Below are positions 19,821 to 30,043 of a stretch of DNA of 64,000 bases, piece by piece. Under the pieces are notes generated by a model that had not been told where the DNA came from, ran no database searches, and was given only the letters and a program-made list of their open reading frames with translations. The stretch covers positions 42,975-106,974 of the forward strand of contig JBFWVI010000004.1 of the NCBI GenBank assembly GCA_050246815.1, read 5' to 3'. The DNA is from Bdellovibrionales bacterium. GTDB taxonomy: Bacteria; Bdellovibrionota; Bdellovibrionia; Bdellovibrionales; UBA1609. The first letter of the stretch is position 1, and the number at the start of each line of letters is the position of its first letter. A program made the position numbers and the translations under genes.

Positions 19821-20048
19821 TCAGAAGTTTTCCCAGTAAACCGTCAAGCCCTGAATCGGATTATATTCGCCCTCTAAGCGAGGCGGACGTAACGTGCTAT
19901 CACCACTGACAATGGTGAAGCGATCATCGAAATAGTAAAATGGTGCAAGGCTTCGGTGGCAGTCCGAACAATGAAGTGTCGGCGTGTCCTTTTTGACATT
20001 CAAATAGCCGCAATGATGACAGCGGCGATAGTGGGCGGGCTGTTCCAT
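19821..20048 (-). CDS. Small zinc-ribbon protein
   Basis: CHHC...CSDC; RBS GGAG. Confidence 0.7.
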   Translation of the reverse strand: MEQPAHYRRCHHCGYLNVKKDTPTLHCSDCHRSLAPFYYFDDRFTIVSGDSTLRPPRLEGEYNPIQGLTVYWENF

Positions 20049-20408
20049 AAAAGCACTCCATCTTTATCCCCCCACGACCAATTACATCCAACCAGGCCTA
20101 GAATACCAAAGAGACCGATTTTTCACCATTACATCGAGCCTAAATATTTAATATCACAATGAAATTGTGTATAATGACTTTACGCGTTAAAGACTCATTT
20201 TGAACTCCGCTAAGGATTTCGCAGAGATTTTGTGTCAGGTCATTAGTCATTAAGGCGTGGTGCGGCGCAGCGTAATTGTGCCCAAACTGCTGCCCCAACT
20301 CAATTTGAGCATGCGGCGAGGACGTGTAATTTTGTCCTCAAGCCTTCGTCGTATTTGACCCCCTGATCCGCCACTTTTAGTCTGACGCCAAATAAAAAGG
20401 GAGAACTC

Positions 20409-20969
20409 GTGAAATTCCTAAGTTCGATTGTTTGCGCCATCAGTTTAGTCAGCTCTTCTGCTTGGACGAATGAAATTCAAAGCCAACGTGCCAAACCCCA
20501 ACCGCTCAAAAAAGAGGTCGAAGTGACCAACACGACCTTCGCTCAGCTGATCTGGGAAGCCTTGTCGCAGAACCTGACCCCAGAAGTCGACAATCGCATC
20601 GGCTTCAGCGAAACCACCTACAATGTGGATATGGGTTTAAGCTGCTCAAGACAATGGGGCTCTGGAGCGCCCGTTCGAGGCAAGTCCCGTTACAAGTTTT
20701 CGTGCGTTCTGCTACCCGATAGCGGTTGGCGCGACATGGGCAGCAAAACCTATGGCAGCGGCAGTAACGAAAAGTTTTCGCGAAGCTTGTACAACGCCTT
20801 AGGTGTGGAAGAGGTTGTCGAAGAAGGCCTCGGTACAAAAGCCATCGAACTCAATGTGCCAGATGGCGAAGGTGGCACCGAGCGCAATCTTTTGACCTGC
20901 ATTTCGCCCAAAACCAAAAAAGCAAAAGAATTCTTTCGCACTTCTTGTTCGCTGATGAATGCGTTGTAA
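20409..20969 (+). CDS. Secreted hypothetical protein with internal duplication
   Basis: Signal peptide, RBS AAGGGAG, two L(W/Y)xAL...LxC...xC units. Confidence 0.8.
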   Translation: MKFLSSIVCAISLVSSSAWTNEIQSQRAKPQPLKKEVEVTNTTFAQLIWEALSQNLTPEVDNRIGFSETTYNVDMGLSCSRQWGSGAPVRGKSRYKFSCVLLPDSGWRDMGSKTYGSGSNEKFSRSLYNALGVEEVVEEGLGTKAIELNVPDGEGGTERNLLTCISPKTKKAKEFFRTSCSLMNAL

Positions 20970-20980
20970 TCGGATGACTT

Positions 20981-21010
20981 AAAGAGCGTCAGGCTCAGCC
21001 GACGCTCTTT
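20981..21010. terminator. Bidirectional intrinsic terminator
   Basis: AAAGAGCGTC...GACGCTCTTT between convergent genes. Confidence 0.75.
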
Positions 21011-21021
21011 GAGTTTTGATG

Positions 21022-21783
21022 TTAAACCGAAGCTCGTAAAATCCCTAAAAAGCTGGGCACCTCTAAAGAGGCCCCCCCGATCAAAAAACCATCGACATTG
21101 GGAAGCTTGCCTAATTCTTTAGCGTTGTCGGGCTTCACACTGCCGCCATAGAGCAATGGAACCTGGGCTAATGCGGGGTGATGTTTACTTAACCACTCAC
21201 GAATGAATTGATGGGTTCCCAGCACCTGATCAGTGGTCGCCACCTTACCCGTGCCGATGGCCCATACTGGCTCATAGGCGATCCAAAGTGGTGCGCCCGG
21301 CTCCAACTCGCTTAAACCGACCTGCAGTTGGCGGCCCAGCACCTTGTTGGTGAGGGCCTCTTCACGCTCTTCTAGGGTTTCGCCGATACAAAAGATCGGC
21401 GTGATTTTTTGTCCCTGCAGCACTTTAATTTTTCGCGCGATCATCTCGTCGGATTCGGCAAACAGTTGACGGCGTTCGCTGTGCCCCACAAGGCAAAACT
21501 TGGCGCCCATGGCGGCTAAGGTCGAAGGCGAATTTTCACCGGTGAATGCGCCGCTCAAATGCCAATCACAATTTTGTCCACCGACTTGAACCGCCGCCCC
21601 TTGCAGTGACTGCATCACAGAGGACAAACAAAGCGCGGGGGGTAAAACCACCAACTGCTTCTGCTCGCTCGTCGAAGCGTCTTTCAAAAGTTGCGTGATG
21701 AAGCTTGTCGCCTCTTGTGGATCTTTATTTAATTTCCAGTTGCCGGCGCAGATCATGAGTCCCCCACTCAAAAAAGCGTGCAA
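21022..21783 (-). CDS. tpiA: Triosephosphate isomerase
   Basis: AGNWK, GHSERR, AYEPVWAIGTG and YGGSV. Confidence 0.97.
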   Translation of the reverse strand: MHAFLSGGLMICAGNWKLNKDPQEATSFITQLLKDASTSEQKQLVVLPPALCLSSVMQSLQGAAVQVGGQNCDWHLSGAFTGENSPSTLAAMGAKFCLVGHSERRQLFAESDEMIARKIKVLQGQKITPIFCIGETLEEREEALTNKVLGRQLQVGLSELEPGAPLWIAYEPVWAIGTGKVATTDQVLGTHQFIREWLSKHHPALAQVPLLYGGSVKPDNAKELGKLPNVDGFLIGGASLEVPSFLGILRASV

Positions 21784-21785
21784 GT

Positions 21786-23018
21786 TTAATCGTTGACCAC
21801 ATTCTCGGAACGTTTCGGTGCGCGCAGAGCCTCGATGCCCGGCAATTTTTCGCCTTGCAAATATTCGAGCGAAGCGCCGCCTCCGGTCGAGATGTGGCTC
21901 AGGCGGTCACCATAACCGGATTCGTTGGCCGCTGCGGCCGAATCACCGCCCCCCACGATGGTGGTGGCTTTGGTGTTTTCTGCCAAAGCTTTGGCCAACG
22001 AAAAACTTCCACTGGCGTATTCTGGCTTTTCAAAAACTCCCATGGGACCGTTCCAGAAAATGGTTTTGCAACGAGCGACCTCTTGGCTAAACGACTCGAT
22101 CGTCTGCGGGCCGATGTCCACCGCCATCCAGCCTTCGGGAATTGCCGCATCTTTGGTGGTCTTACGGCTGGCCACATCATCAAAAGACGACACAATCAAA
22201 TGGTCCATAGGCAGCAATAACTTTTTACCGCGGGCGTCCATGCGCGAAATCAAATCGCCCGCGAACTTCACCTTGTCTTTTTCTAACCGTGAAGCGCCGA
22301 TCGGTAAACCTTTCGCGGCCAAGAAGGTGTAGGCCATTGCGCCGCCGATCATCAGACTATCCACCCGATCAATCAGCATTTCAATCATGTCGATCTTATC
22401 AGAAACCTTGGCGCCACCCATGATCGCAAGATAAGGCGATTCATGGTCGAAGCGAACTTTGTCCAGCATCTCGATTTCTTTTTTCATCAAGAAACCAACC
22501 CCGCGCTGGGTCAACAGCTGAGGCAAAGCCACAATACTGGCGTGGGCGCGATGACTGGCGCCGAAAGCGTCATTGATGTAAATGTCAACGTAATCCGCCA
22601 TGTGCGAGGCGAACTCGCGATCGTTGGCCTCTTCGCCTTCATCAAAGCGCAAGTTCTCCAGCATCACGATTTGGCTTGGTTTCAAACCCGCCAGCAGTGC
22701 CTTTGGTGCGTCGCTGCTGGGCTCTTCGACCAAAATTACTTCTTTGTCGACCAATTGGCTTAAATAATCGGCGACAGGTTCCAGCGACATGGTTTTACGA
22801 TCGGCCGCCGTCTTTGGACGGCCCCAGTGCGAGGCCAAAATAATTTTGGCGCCCTTTTCAATGGCATAACGGATCGTGGGCATGGCCGCCTGAATGCGGG
22901 TGTCGTCGGTGATTTTGCCATCTTGCATCGGCACATTGAAATCCACACGAATAAACAGGCGTTTGTCCTCAAGCTGAAAATTCTCGATGGAACGGATACC
23001 CTCTAATGTTTTGGCCAT
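21786..23018 (-). CDS. pgk: Phosphoglycerate kinase
   Basis: RVDFNVP, ENLRF, GGAKVSDKI, WNGPMG and HISTGGGA. Confidence 0.97.
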   Translation of the reverse strand: MAKTLEGIRSIENFQLEDKRLFIRVDFNVPMQDGKITDDTRIQAAMPTIRYAIEKGAKIILASHWGRPKTAADRKTMSLEPVADYLSQLVDKEVILVEEPSSDAPKALLAGLKPSQIVMLENLRFDEGEEANDREFASHMADYVDIYINDAFGASHRAHASIVALPQLLTQRGVGFLMKKEIEMLDKVRFDHESPYLAIMGGAKVSDKIDMIEMLIDRVDSLMIGGAMAYTFLAAKGLPIGASRLEKDKVKFAGDLISRMDARGKKLLLPMDHLIVSSFDDVASRKTTKDAAIPEGWMAVDIGPQTIESFSQEVARCKTIFWNGPMGVFEKPEYASGSFSLAKALAENTKATTIVGGGDSAAAANESGYGDRLSHISTGGGASLEYLQGEKLPGIEALRAPKRSENVVND

Positions 23019-23023
23019 GATTT

Positions 23024-24028
23024 TTACAGTCCTCGGTCGCTCATGACTTTCGCCATGTCGACCATACGTTGTGAGAAACCCATTTCGTTGTCGTACCAAG
23101 CGTAAACTTTGGCCATGTGACTGCCCATCACCATGGTGCTGGGCAAATCAATGATTGAGCTGTAGGGATTGCCGATGAAGTCACAGCTGACCAACGGGGC
23201 CGACTCGCAAGTTAAAATGCCCTTCAGCTCACCTTCGGCTGCTTTTTTGAATGCACCATTGATGCTTTCAACTGACATCTCTTTTTTGGATTGCAGCACC
23301 AAGTCCACTAAGCTTACGGTGGGGGTCGGCACCCGAATCGAAATGCCATCGATCTTACCTTTGAGCTCGGGCATCACCAATCCCACCGCTTTGGCCGCTC
23401 CCGTGGTGGTGGGGATCATCGACAACGCCGCCGCACGCGCACGGCGCAAATCTTTGTGAGGTGCATCCAAAATCTGCTGATCGTTGGTGTACGAGTGCAC
23501 AGTGGTCATCATGCCATGTTCAATACCAAAGGCGTCATGCAGCACCTTCACCATCGGAGCCAAACAGTTGGTGGTGCACGAAGCATTGCTGATCACTTGG
23601 TGTTTGCTGGGGTCATAAAGCTTGTGATTTAAACCATAGACTACGGTCAAATCGACGCCATCAGCTGGCGCCGAAACCAAAACTTTTTTGGCGCCGGCAT
23701 GCAAGTGCTTCAAGAAATCTTCTTTATTTTTAAAGGCGCCAGTGCACTCCAAAACAATGTCCGCACCCCAATCTTTCCAGGGGATCTCGGCCGGGTTTTT
23801 ATGGGCCGAAACCGGAATTTTTTTGCCTTTCACCACGAGCCCTTTTTCTTCAGCTTTGACTTCTCCGTCAAAACGACCTTGGGTGCTATCATACTTCAGC
23901 AGGTGAGCCATGCCTTTGGGATCATCAAGACTGTTGATACCCACGATTTCCAATTGATCAAAACCGGCGCGAAAAACCAGGCGACCGATACGACCGAAAC
24001 CATTGATGCCGACTCTCACTTTAGCCAC
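23024..24028 (-). CDS. gap: Type I glyceraldehyde-3-phosphate dehydrogenase
   Basis: GINGFGRIGR, ASCTTNC and WYDNE. Confidence 0.97.
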   Translation of the reverse strand: MAKVRVGINGFGRIGRLVFRAGFDQLEIVGINSLDDPKGMAHLLKYDSTQGRFDGEVKAEEKGLVVKGKKIPVSAHKNPAEIPWKDWGADIVLECTGAFKNKEDFLKHLHAGAKKVLVSAPADGVDLTVVYGLNHKLYDPSKHQVISNASCTTNCLAPMVKVLHDAFGIEHGMMTTVHSYTNDQQILDAPHKDLRRARAAALSMIPTTTGAAKAVGLVMPELKGKIDGISIRVPTPTVSLVDLVLQSKKEMSVESINGAFKKAAEGELKGILTCESAPLVSCDFIGNPYSSIIDLPSTMVMGSHMAKVYAWYDNEMGFSQRMVDMAKVMSDRGL

Positions 24029-24113
24029 AGGTAAGCTCCTTCAAAAAGTTCCCAAAAATGTGTGCGGGCGACAAACTATAACGATTCAGTCACAGGCGCA
24101 ACTACAGGATGGT

Positions 24114-24893
24114 TCAGACTGGTAAGCCCCAGCGCGGAAACATCTTAGCCGCATTGGCATTGGTGGCCCGGGCCAACTCCACAGGGCTTAAGCCCTTGAG
24201 TTTGGCCACCAGCTCCGCGGTGTGCACCACCATGGACGGCCGATTTTTGCGGCCACGATGTGGGGCAGGTGCCAAAAAGGGGGCGTCGGTTTCCACATGT
24301 AATCGGTCCAGAGGCACTTTGCCGCAAGTTAGGCGCAACTCCTCCGCGTTTTTGAAAGTCACCACTCCACTAAAGGAGATATTAAAATCCACGGCCAAGG
24401 CGGCCTCAGCCATGCGCCAAGAGCTGGTGAAACAGTGTAGAAGCCCTTTCACGCGACCTTTAAACTCATTCAAAACCAAAATGGTGTCATCTTCGGCATC
24501 GCGAGTGTGGATTTCAACCGGCAGACCGGCCGCTTCAGCAATTTGCATCTGTTCGCGAAAAGCGGCCATTTGCACCTCGCGTGGCGAGTTGTTGTAGTAA
24601 TAATCCAGGCCGATCTCGCCCACCGCCACCACTTCGCGGTTTTTAAGCCCTGCCCTCAACTGCTCGGCCACCTGGGCATTCCATAACTGCGCATCATGGG
24701 GATGGACACCCAGGGTGCAAGCGACTTGAGGGAAGTACTTTTGCGCATAACCTAAAACCAGGGGCCAATCTTCAGGGCCGGTGCCGATGGTGATCACGTG
24801 TGAAACCCCAGCCGCGGCGGCCTCTTGCAGGGCAGCTTCCGCAGGTAAATCGAGCATATTCAAATGGGTGTGAACATCAATCCAAGTGTTCAT
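24114..24893 (-). CDS. TatD family hydrolase
   Basis: IDVHTH, GVHPH, VGEIGLDY and ETDAP. Confidence 0.93.
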   Translation of the reverse strand: MNTWIDVHTHLNMLDLPAEAALQEAAAAGVSHVITIGTGPEDWPLVLGYAQKYFPQVACTLGVHPHDAQLWNAQVAEQLRAGLKNREVVAVGEIGLDYYYNNSPREVQMAAFREQMQIAEAAGLPVEIHTRDAEDDTILVLNEFKGRVKGLLHCFTSSWRMAEAALAVDFNISFSGVVTFKNAEELRLTCGKVPLDRLHVETDAPFLAPAPHRGRKNRPSMVVHTAELVAKLKGLSPVELARATNANAAKMFPRWGLPV

Positions 24894-25744
24894 CGCGCGG
24901 GCCCCGCATACTGGGCTGAAACTTTCAGCCAAAAACTTTCCACAGCCAAAAGACGGTCCACCTGGGCCTCAATTTCACTTTTTAAATCCAGCAACGCGGT
25001 CCAAGCAAATTCAAGCGCTGGCGTTGAGGTCGAAAGTGAGCTGGCCACGGTCCTCGACTCGGTCCAAGTTAAGGGCAGCCCGGCCGCCTGGCGACGCGCC
25101 TGGTGCAGCAAAGCACTCCAAAGACGCACACACTGCAACGCCCCTTCCCGCTCGCGCACGACCTCGCGCCAAGCGTCGTCTTGCACCTTTTGTCCTTGCG
25201 CGATGTCTTGCCACCAACCCATCGACTGTTTCACAAATTCAGCTTGGTCCGAAAATTCAGCGACGAAGGGTTCGGCCTCGTTTGCATTCAATAAACGCAC
25301 AAGTTGGCAGCGCGAACGAATGGTCGACAAAAGCGCCGACGGTTGTCGTGTGGTGAGAAAAAAATAAGTGGCCGGGGGCGGTTCCTCGATCACTTTTAAG
25401 AGTGCATTAGCCGCCTGCGGATTCAAGCTTTCCGCCTGATCCAAAATGACCACCCTGGCCCCGCTCCAGTTCTCAAGCGACAAAGCTTCGCGCACCGGCC
25501 GCACTTGATCGATTTTGATCACGCCATTTTCTGGCTGGACCAGCAGCAGACTTTCACTTTGTTGGGCCTTGATGCGTAGACAAGGACCGCAAGTGCCACA
25601 AGGACCGTGGGTGTCGCACACCAAAGTTTGAGCGATCTTCAAGGCCGCTGCCCGTAAGCCCACCCCATCCAAAGAGGTGAACAAAAGCGCGTGCGCCAAA
25701 CGCCCCTCGCGGGCGGCCTGTTGCAAAGTTTGACTCACACCCAT
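24890..25744 (-). CDS. holB: DNA polymerase III delta' subunit
   Basis: Zn module CGTCGPC, AANALLKVIEEPP, TIRSRC; lies between tmk and tatD. Confidence 0.88.
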   Translation of the reverse strand: MGVSQTLQQAAREGRLAHALLFTSLDGVGLRAAALKIAQTLVCDTHGPCGTCGPCLRIKAQQSESLLLVQPENGVIKIDQVRPVREALSLENWSGARVVILDQAESLNPQAANALLKVIEEPPPATYFFLTTRQPSALLSTIRSRCQLVRLLNANEAEPFVAEFSDQAEFVKQSMGWWQDIAQGQKVQDDAWREVVREREGALQCVRLWSALLHQARRQAAGLPLTWTESRTVASSLSTSTPALEFAWTALLDLKSEIEAQVDRLLAVESFWLKVSAQYAGPAR

Positions 25745-26355
25745 CCCCGCTTTTTTAAATCCGCCAACAATTGCTCAAGCAAAATTTTCGGGGTTGCGGC
25801 CTCGCCGTCCACCACCAACCATTTTTGTGGCTCGGTCTTCACCTGAGACAGATAGTGTTCGTAAACGCGCTGGTGGAATTCACTTTTTTCTTGCTCAAAA
25901 CGATCCACATGAGCTCGCTGCGAACGACGCTTTTCCGCCGTGTCGACCGACACCTTTAGCAACACCGTCAAGTCGGGCGTGACCCCGTTGATCGCATACT
26001 GATTCAAATTTCGCACTTCTTGCTCGTCCAGCCCGCGTCCACCACATTGAAACGCCAACGAACTTGCGGTGAAACGGTCACAGATCACCCACTGCCCTTT
26101 TTCAAGCGCCGGCGCGATCACTTGATCGACGTGTTGAGCCCGGCCCGCCTGGTACAGCAAAAGCTCCGCTCGGGGCACTGGCGCACGCGGGCCGTCTTCC
26201 AGCAAAAGTTTGCGGATCTCTTCACCCAAAGGAGTGCCGCCAGGTTCTCGAGTCAGCACCACGGTTTTGCCCTGGCTCTTCAACTGATCCGCCAACCCTT
26301 TGATCAAAGTGGATTTTCCTGAGCCATCAAGGCCCTCAAAAACGACAAAAGGCAT
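25735..26355 (-). CDS. tmk: Thymidylate kinase
   Basis: FEGLDGSGKST, TREPGG and CDRF. Confidence 0.95.
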   Translation of the reverse strand: MPFVVFEGLDGSGKSTLIKGLADQLKSQGKTVVLTREPGGTPLGEEIRKLLLEDGPRAPVPRAELLLYQAGRAQHVDQVIAPALEKGQWVICDRFTASSLAFQCGGRGLDEQEVRNLNQYAINGVTPDLTVLLKVSVDTAEKRRSQRAHVDRFEQEKSEFHQRVYEHYLSQVKTEPQKWLVVDGEAATPKILLEQLLADLKKRGWV

Positions 26356-26432
26356 GTCGGGTAAAGTAAAACCCTGGGGGCCAATAGGCAACTCTGACAA
26401 AAATAATGCATAGCATCAAGCCTTAGGGCCAA

Positions 26433-26460
26433 TGCACGTTTGGACACTTTTCGCCGATAA
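26433..26460 (+). promoter_or_regulatory. Sigma28 (FliA)-like promoter
   Basis: TGCAC-N15-GCCGATAA directly before the response regulator; -35 element is non-consensus. Confidence 0.5.
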
Positions 26461-26465
26461 GCAAG

Positions 26466-27467
26466 GTGATGGCGAAAATAAATAAAATCAAAGTTTTGAT
26501 AGCCGACGATGATGGCCAACTGAGCCGCCGTTTAGCCGATTTTATTTCGGACCATGGTTTTGAGGTGCGCATTGCCACCGGCGGCAACGACGCCAAAGCA
26601 CAAATGCTCAATTGGCAGCCGCGCCTAGTGTTGGCTGATATGATGCTGCCCGAAGCCAATGCTCTCGATTTGTTGGATTTTTCCCGCGAGGAACCCCGCC
26701 TCAAGCACCGCCAGGTCCATGTGCTGGTGCTCTCGGGACACAACAGCGAATCCAATGTCCGCTTGGCTTTGAGTCGAGGCGCCAAGGATTACTTGGTTAA
26801 GCCCTTCCGCGTGGAGGACGTCCTTCGACGATTGGTCTTTCATTGCCGCACCTACCGCCACCTGACCGACCTCACACGCCAAGAATACTCCTCGGTGGAT
26901 GAGGCCAGCTTAATGCTTCACTTAACTGACCTGGTGCTTCGCCAAGCCATCACCGGCGATTCAATCCCCAATATTTTGTTCAATCTGACACGGATGGTGG
27001 CCTTAAAAGTGGCCGGCGTGCGCTGCTCGGTGATTCACGTTTTAGACCAAACAACTGGCGTGGTGGTGGTCTCGAATGACGACAAAGGCGCCACCGGCAT
27101 CGAGCTGGATTTGAACAAATACCCCGAGGTCGTGAACGTCATCAATACGGGCGTGATGATCGCCATCGAAAACATCGAAAACTCGCCAGAGTTAAAACTT
27201 ATAAAAGGGCAGCTGCGTGATATTATGTTCAATTCGATGATTGTCTGCCCGATCTCGCGCTTCCAAAAGCCCTTTGGCGTCATCTCTTTGCGCATGCCAG
27301 CTGAAAAAGTCCAGATCAGCGACAACGAGATGCGTTTCGTGGAGATTGTTTCACACGTGGTCAGCCTGGTCTTAAGCAACGAAAACTTCAAAGATATCGA
27401 CCAGTTCTGGCAACTTGGCCGCCGCAACACGCCAGTTGTCCCGATTGCCCGGGCCGCGAAAAAATAA
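26466..27467 (+). CDS. Response regulator, REC plus GAF-like domain
   Basis: IADDD, ADMMLP, LSG and KPF; C-terminal SMIVCPI...FGVISLR GAF-like segment. Confidence 0.88.
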   Translation: MMAKINKIKVLIADDDGQLSRRLADFISDHGFEVRIATGGNDAKAQMLNWQPRLVLADMMLPEANALDLLDFSREEPRLKHRQVHVLVLSGHNSESNVRLALSRGAKDYLVKPFRVEDVLRRLVFHCRTYRHLTDLTRQEYSSVDEASLMLHLTDLVLRQAITGDSIPNILFNLTRMVALKVAGVRCSVIHVLDQTTGVVVVSNDDKGATGIELDLNKYPEVVNVINTGVMIAIENIENSPELKLIKGQLRDIMFNSMIVCPISRFQKPFGVISLRMPAEKVQISDNEMRFVEIVSHVVSLVLSNENFKDIDQFWQLGRRNTPVVPIARAAKK

Positions 27468-27540
27468 CCCATAAAATAATATAGACCTGGCCCAACCCCT
27501 TCCCCTATACTGCGCGCTTCTTAATGGAGGCTTTCGGGCT

Positions 27541-27909
27541 ATGTTGTTAACGTTTTTGACGTGGGTACACGTCGTTGTGGCGCTGATTCTGATTTTCTTC
27601 GTGCTGTTGCAAGATCCTAAAGGTGGTGGCGCTATGGGCGTATTTGGCGGCGGCGGTGGCTCCAACTCACTGTTCGGCTCAACCGGAGCTGGCAACTTCT
27701 TTAGCAAAGTCACCACCACTGCGGCGATTTTATTTGCGGTTTTGTGCATCGGTTTGACCTACACAATCTCGCACCCGGGTGACAGCGTGCTCGACAAAGC
27801 AGCCCCGGCCGCGAGCCCCGCGGCTGAACCGGCTGCAGCACAACCCGAGGCGCCAAGCGTGGCCCCCAATGAAAAACCGGCCGAGCAAACGCCGCCTGCG
27901 CAAAAGTAA
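27541..27909 (+). CDS. secG: Preprotein translocase subunit SecG
   Basis: VLLQDPKGGG, FG, two TM segments. Confidence 0.92.
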   Translation: MLLTFLTWVHVVVALILIFFVLLQDPKGGGAMGVFGGGGGSNSLFGSTGAGNFFSKVTTTAAILFAVLCIGLTYTISHPGDSVLDKAAPAASPAAEPAAAQPEAPSVAPNEKPAEQTPPAQK

Positions 27910-27942
27910 GCTTGGCCTTGTGACCTCGGTTACGGGTGAACA

Positions 27943-28830
27943 ATGGCGATTTTAAGATCCCTCCCCTATTTGATAATCAGTTTCGCTGTCGCGATTTTGT
28001 TGATCACCTTTGGGCCCAAGTGGGCAGATCGCTTTAGTCATCGCTATGACCAGACCGCAGCCAAGCAAGCCGTCGTGGCAAAAATCAACGAACTTGAAGG
28101 CAATGCTTCTCGCCGCAGTTATGGCGAAGAAAATTTTCAAGACCTGACGGCCACTGGTGATCTGTACAATTTAGACACCGTGCAAATTCAATCGCGCGGC
28201 AAAATGCAGATTACCTCCGGGGGCTACAAACTTGTCGTACAAGGGCCGGGCCTATTCGTCCTGGAGTCCTGGAATAACTCTGTCCCCGATAGCCCGGTGG
28301 TTTTGCATATGATCTCGGGGCAAATGTACCTAATCAGTGAAGGCACGCCCGGCAAACTCTATGTGGTGCGAGGCGGGGAAATGCTGGACCCCAAAGGGGC
28401 CGGCATCCTACGCGAAAGAAGCCTGCTGATCACACCACTGAACGTGGGTGAGCCTGCCCCAATCACGGAGCCCACTTCTGCCACCGCCCCAATGGTCACC
28501 CGCCCTGTCATGAATCCAGTCGAAGCCGATCCTGATGAAGAAAAACGCATCCTCACCAATGACTACTTAGACGGCGAAATCGCCAAACAACAGGATCAAT
28601 TTCAACGCTGCCAAAACAACGCGCTTCGCGAACAAGGCGAAGCTAAGGGGCAAATCATGGTCGGCTTGACGATCTTACCCCAAGGAAAAGTCAGCCAAGC
28701 GCGAATTTTGACCTCCAGTATAACCAACCCGCAACTTCATTCCTGCGTGATTCAGGTGTTTTACCGTATGAAGTTCAACGCCTTTGAAGGCGCCCCGATC
28801 ATTCGCAGCTATCCTTTGAATTTTGAATAA
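27943..28830 (+). CDS. Membrane-anchored AgmX/PglI (TonB-C-like) domain protein
   Basis: N-terminal TM, Pro-rich linker, C-terminal FQRC...GKV....I..S...L.SCV....YPLNF. Confidence 0.7.
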   Translation: MAILRSLPYLIISFAVAILLITFGPKWADRFSHRYDQTAAKQAVVAKINELEGNASRRSYGEENFQDLTATGDLYNLDTVQIQSRGKMQITSGGYKLVVQGPGLFVLESWNNSVPDSPVVLHMISGQMYLISEGTPGKLYVVRGGEMLDPKGAGILRERSLLITPLNVGEPAPITEPTSATAPMVTRPVMNPVEADPDEEKRILTNDYLDGEIAKQQDQFQRCQNNALREQGEAKGQIMVGLTILPQGKVSQARILTSSITNPQLHSCVIQVFYRMKFNAFEGAPIIRSYPLNFE

Positions 28831-28835
28831 ACGGC

Positions 28836-29915
28836 TTAACGGTAATCGTGTAGATAATCGATCTGTTCGGGCACCCAGGGTTCTCGATTGCCCTCAAGCT
28901 CCAACACACGGGGCCCAACTTTCGAACGGATCATTTTTGGCGTCAGCGTGGGCAGATAATTGCGATCAATCAGATTTTCGTTCTGCAGTCGCGGCAACAG
29001 GTTTTGCACGGTCTCTAAGCCCAACACTGGCCGGCGAACCATATCGTCCAAACTGGCCTGCAGCTCCTCGCTGGTGAACCCGTAATTTCGCACCATATCC
29101 ACGGCCACCAAGAGCACTTGGTCCACACTTAAACGTCCATCTTGATACAAATCCAAAGCGGCTTGGAAGGTGTTGTAGGTCGGCACGACCCGGCGCCCAA
29201 ACTTCAAATAATATTCAGCATCGGTGTCCACAGCTAAATTGATGTAAATCTTTTCGACCGGGTCGAAAGTGGGAATGGTCTCTTGTAAACGCAAAATCGT
29301 TTCCACCTGTTGCCCCGTGACCTTCAACCCGCGCAAAACCTGTCGCAAATCCGCTTCGCTTAAACGCCGCGCGCACACATCTGAATACAAAGAGTAAATC
29401 ACCGCATCCGCCTCACTATCATCCCCCCACAAAACCTGCCGCACTTGAGGCCCAAGGTGCAAGCGCAGTTGCAACAGCGCTTGCAGCTTAAAGCCCACTT
29501 GCTGTTTGAGGCGTGACAGGCGTGAAGGATGCAGGTTTTTAAGATTGTCTTTGCAGAAAATCCCAAAGGGATAGATTCCATCCAAATTTAGCTTCTGATG
29601 GATTTTGCTCTCAAGCTGCGGCGGCGAGGCTGTAATAAAATAAATCGGGAAGTCTGAGCGCCCCTCATGCTGTTCGCGCCAACTGTTGCGAAGCGCACGA
29701 ACCAAAGTGGCGGTGCCCGGCACATTGCGCTTTTGAAAGGCCTTTTCCATGACCGTTTTGATCAATCCTCGCAGCGTCTCAAAGGCGGTGTCCAAATAAG
29801 TTTTATCAAGATCCCAAACATAGACTTCGCTGGCCGCGGATTCTGTGGCATCGGTGGCATAGCGAAAAAAAACGACGTCACCTGTGATCTCTGCTCTTTT
29901 TCGCCATTCAGACAT
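28836..29915 (-). CDS. HAD-family phosphatase (App1/LNS2-like)
   Basis: WDLDKT (DxDxT), FITASP and WGDDSEAD. Confidence 0.75.
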   Translation of the reverse strand: MSEWRKRAEITGDVVFFRYATDATESAASEVYVWDLDKTYLDTAFETLRGLIKTVMEKAFQKRNVPGTATLVRALRNSWREQHEGRSDFPIYFITASPPQLESKIHQKLNLDGIYPFGIFCKDNLKNLHPSRLSRLKQQVGFKLQALLQLRLHLGPQVRQVLWGDDSEADAVIYSLYSDVCARRLSEADLRQVLRGLKVTGQQVETILRLQETIPTFDPVEKIYINLAVDTDAEYYLKFGRRVVPTYNTFQAALDLYQDGRLSVDQVLLVAVDMVRNYGFTSEELQASLDDMVRRPVLGLETVQNLLPRLQNENLIDRNYLPTLTPKMIRSKVGPRVLELEGNREPWVPEQIDYLHDYR

Positions 29916-30043
29916 GAACTCATTATCGCCCAAAGCACCTTGGCTTGTCAGGTCCGGAATTAGACTATGGACCAGCCCGCCACCCGGGGTTGTATTAACC
30001 AAAACCCTTGTCCATACTGTATATGGGTGTGGGGGGATCAGGG

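Noticed and set aside
24890..25744. Broken Walker A in holB
   Set aside because: Delta' subunits are known to be non-ATPase, so this is not novel.
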